The translations under genes and the position numbers were made by a program. The notes under the pieces are model-generated. The model made no database searches. It saw only the letters and a list, made by a program, of their open reading frames with translations, and had not been told where the DNA came from. A stretch of DNA of 64,000 nt from Escherichia phage AV112, in the sequence record OR352942.1; one strand, given 5' to 3'. Positions 63,813-64,000 of this stretch are shown here, piece after piece (position 1 is the stretch's first letter; each line of letters starts with the position of its first letter).

Positions 63813-64000
63813 TTAATTTTGGCCAGTATTTATTTTTCGCCTTTGGACGGCCTTAACATCTGTGAGGTATTTTTCCAGCTTGCGCTTGCGTGTATAATCA
63901 GCTTTAGAACCAGTTTGACGGATATCCTCGTTTAAATGAGAAATAGAATGTCCTAATTCTCTTCGGATTTCATCCAATTGGGTTACAGTAAGATTACGAA
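63813..64000 (-). CDS. hypothetical protein, C-terminal fragment (N-terminus beyond window end)
   Basis: Open minus-strand frame running to the window edge, ending ...[20 protein letters not shown]. Confidence 0.35.
   Translation of the reverse strand, partial: RNLTVTQLDEIRRELGHSISHLNEDIRQTGSKADYTRKRKLEKYLTDVKAVQRRKINTGQN

Noticed and set aside
1-64000. CRISPR arrays, rRNA and tRNA genes
   Set aside because: No regularly spaced direct repeats with unique spacers and no rRNA-like or cloverleaf-like segments were seen; the abundant repeats are promoter cassettes with irregular spacing. A tRNA scan was not run and would be needed to be definitive

Overview
This window is a 64-kb stretch of a T4-like (Tevenvirinae-type) phage genome covering the early/middle replication, recombination and nucleotide-metabolism region. 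Almost every gene is on the minus strand and tightly packed, often with overlapping stop and start codons. Recognisable T4 homologues in ascending coordinate order are: 52 (partial), ndd-like, rIIB, rIIA, 39 (unsplit 605 aa), dexA, dda, srd, modA, modB, soc, 56, 61, sp, dmd, 41, 40, uvsX, 42, 43, regA, 62-44-45, 46, 47, 55, nrdH, nrdG, nrdD, 49 and nrdC, followed by a run of accessory ORFs. The most interesting content is a sugar-nucleotide biosynthesis and transfer module where T4 carries its glucosyltransferases: a SIS-domain isomerase, a bifunctional nucleotidyltransferase/kinase, a HAD-like phosphatase, a U32-like protein, a P-loop kinase and a 299-aa unknown lie between uvsX/42 and 43, and a GT-B glycosyltransferase lies between rIIA and 39. 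No alpha-gt is present between 47 and 55. This predicts a non-glucose (arabinose-type) hypermodification of hydroxymethyl-cytosine DNA, as I recall being reported for RB69-like phages. Intergenic regions carry more than 25 copies of a roughly 55-bp promoter-plus-stem-loop cassette (PeSL-like), canonical MotA-box middle promoters, a late promoter for soc, and UUCG-tetraloop terminators. Two freestanding homing endonucleases (HNH between 46 and 47, GIY-YIG between nrdD and 49) and an accessory block beyond nrdC (three coiled-coil proteins, a P-loop ATPase, an NTase-fold protein) are also present. No rRNA, tRNA or CRISPR array was recognised. All calls rest on reading the sequence and recalled family motifs; no database search was run.
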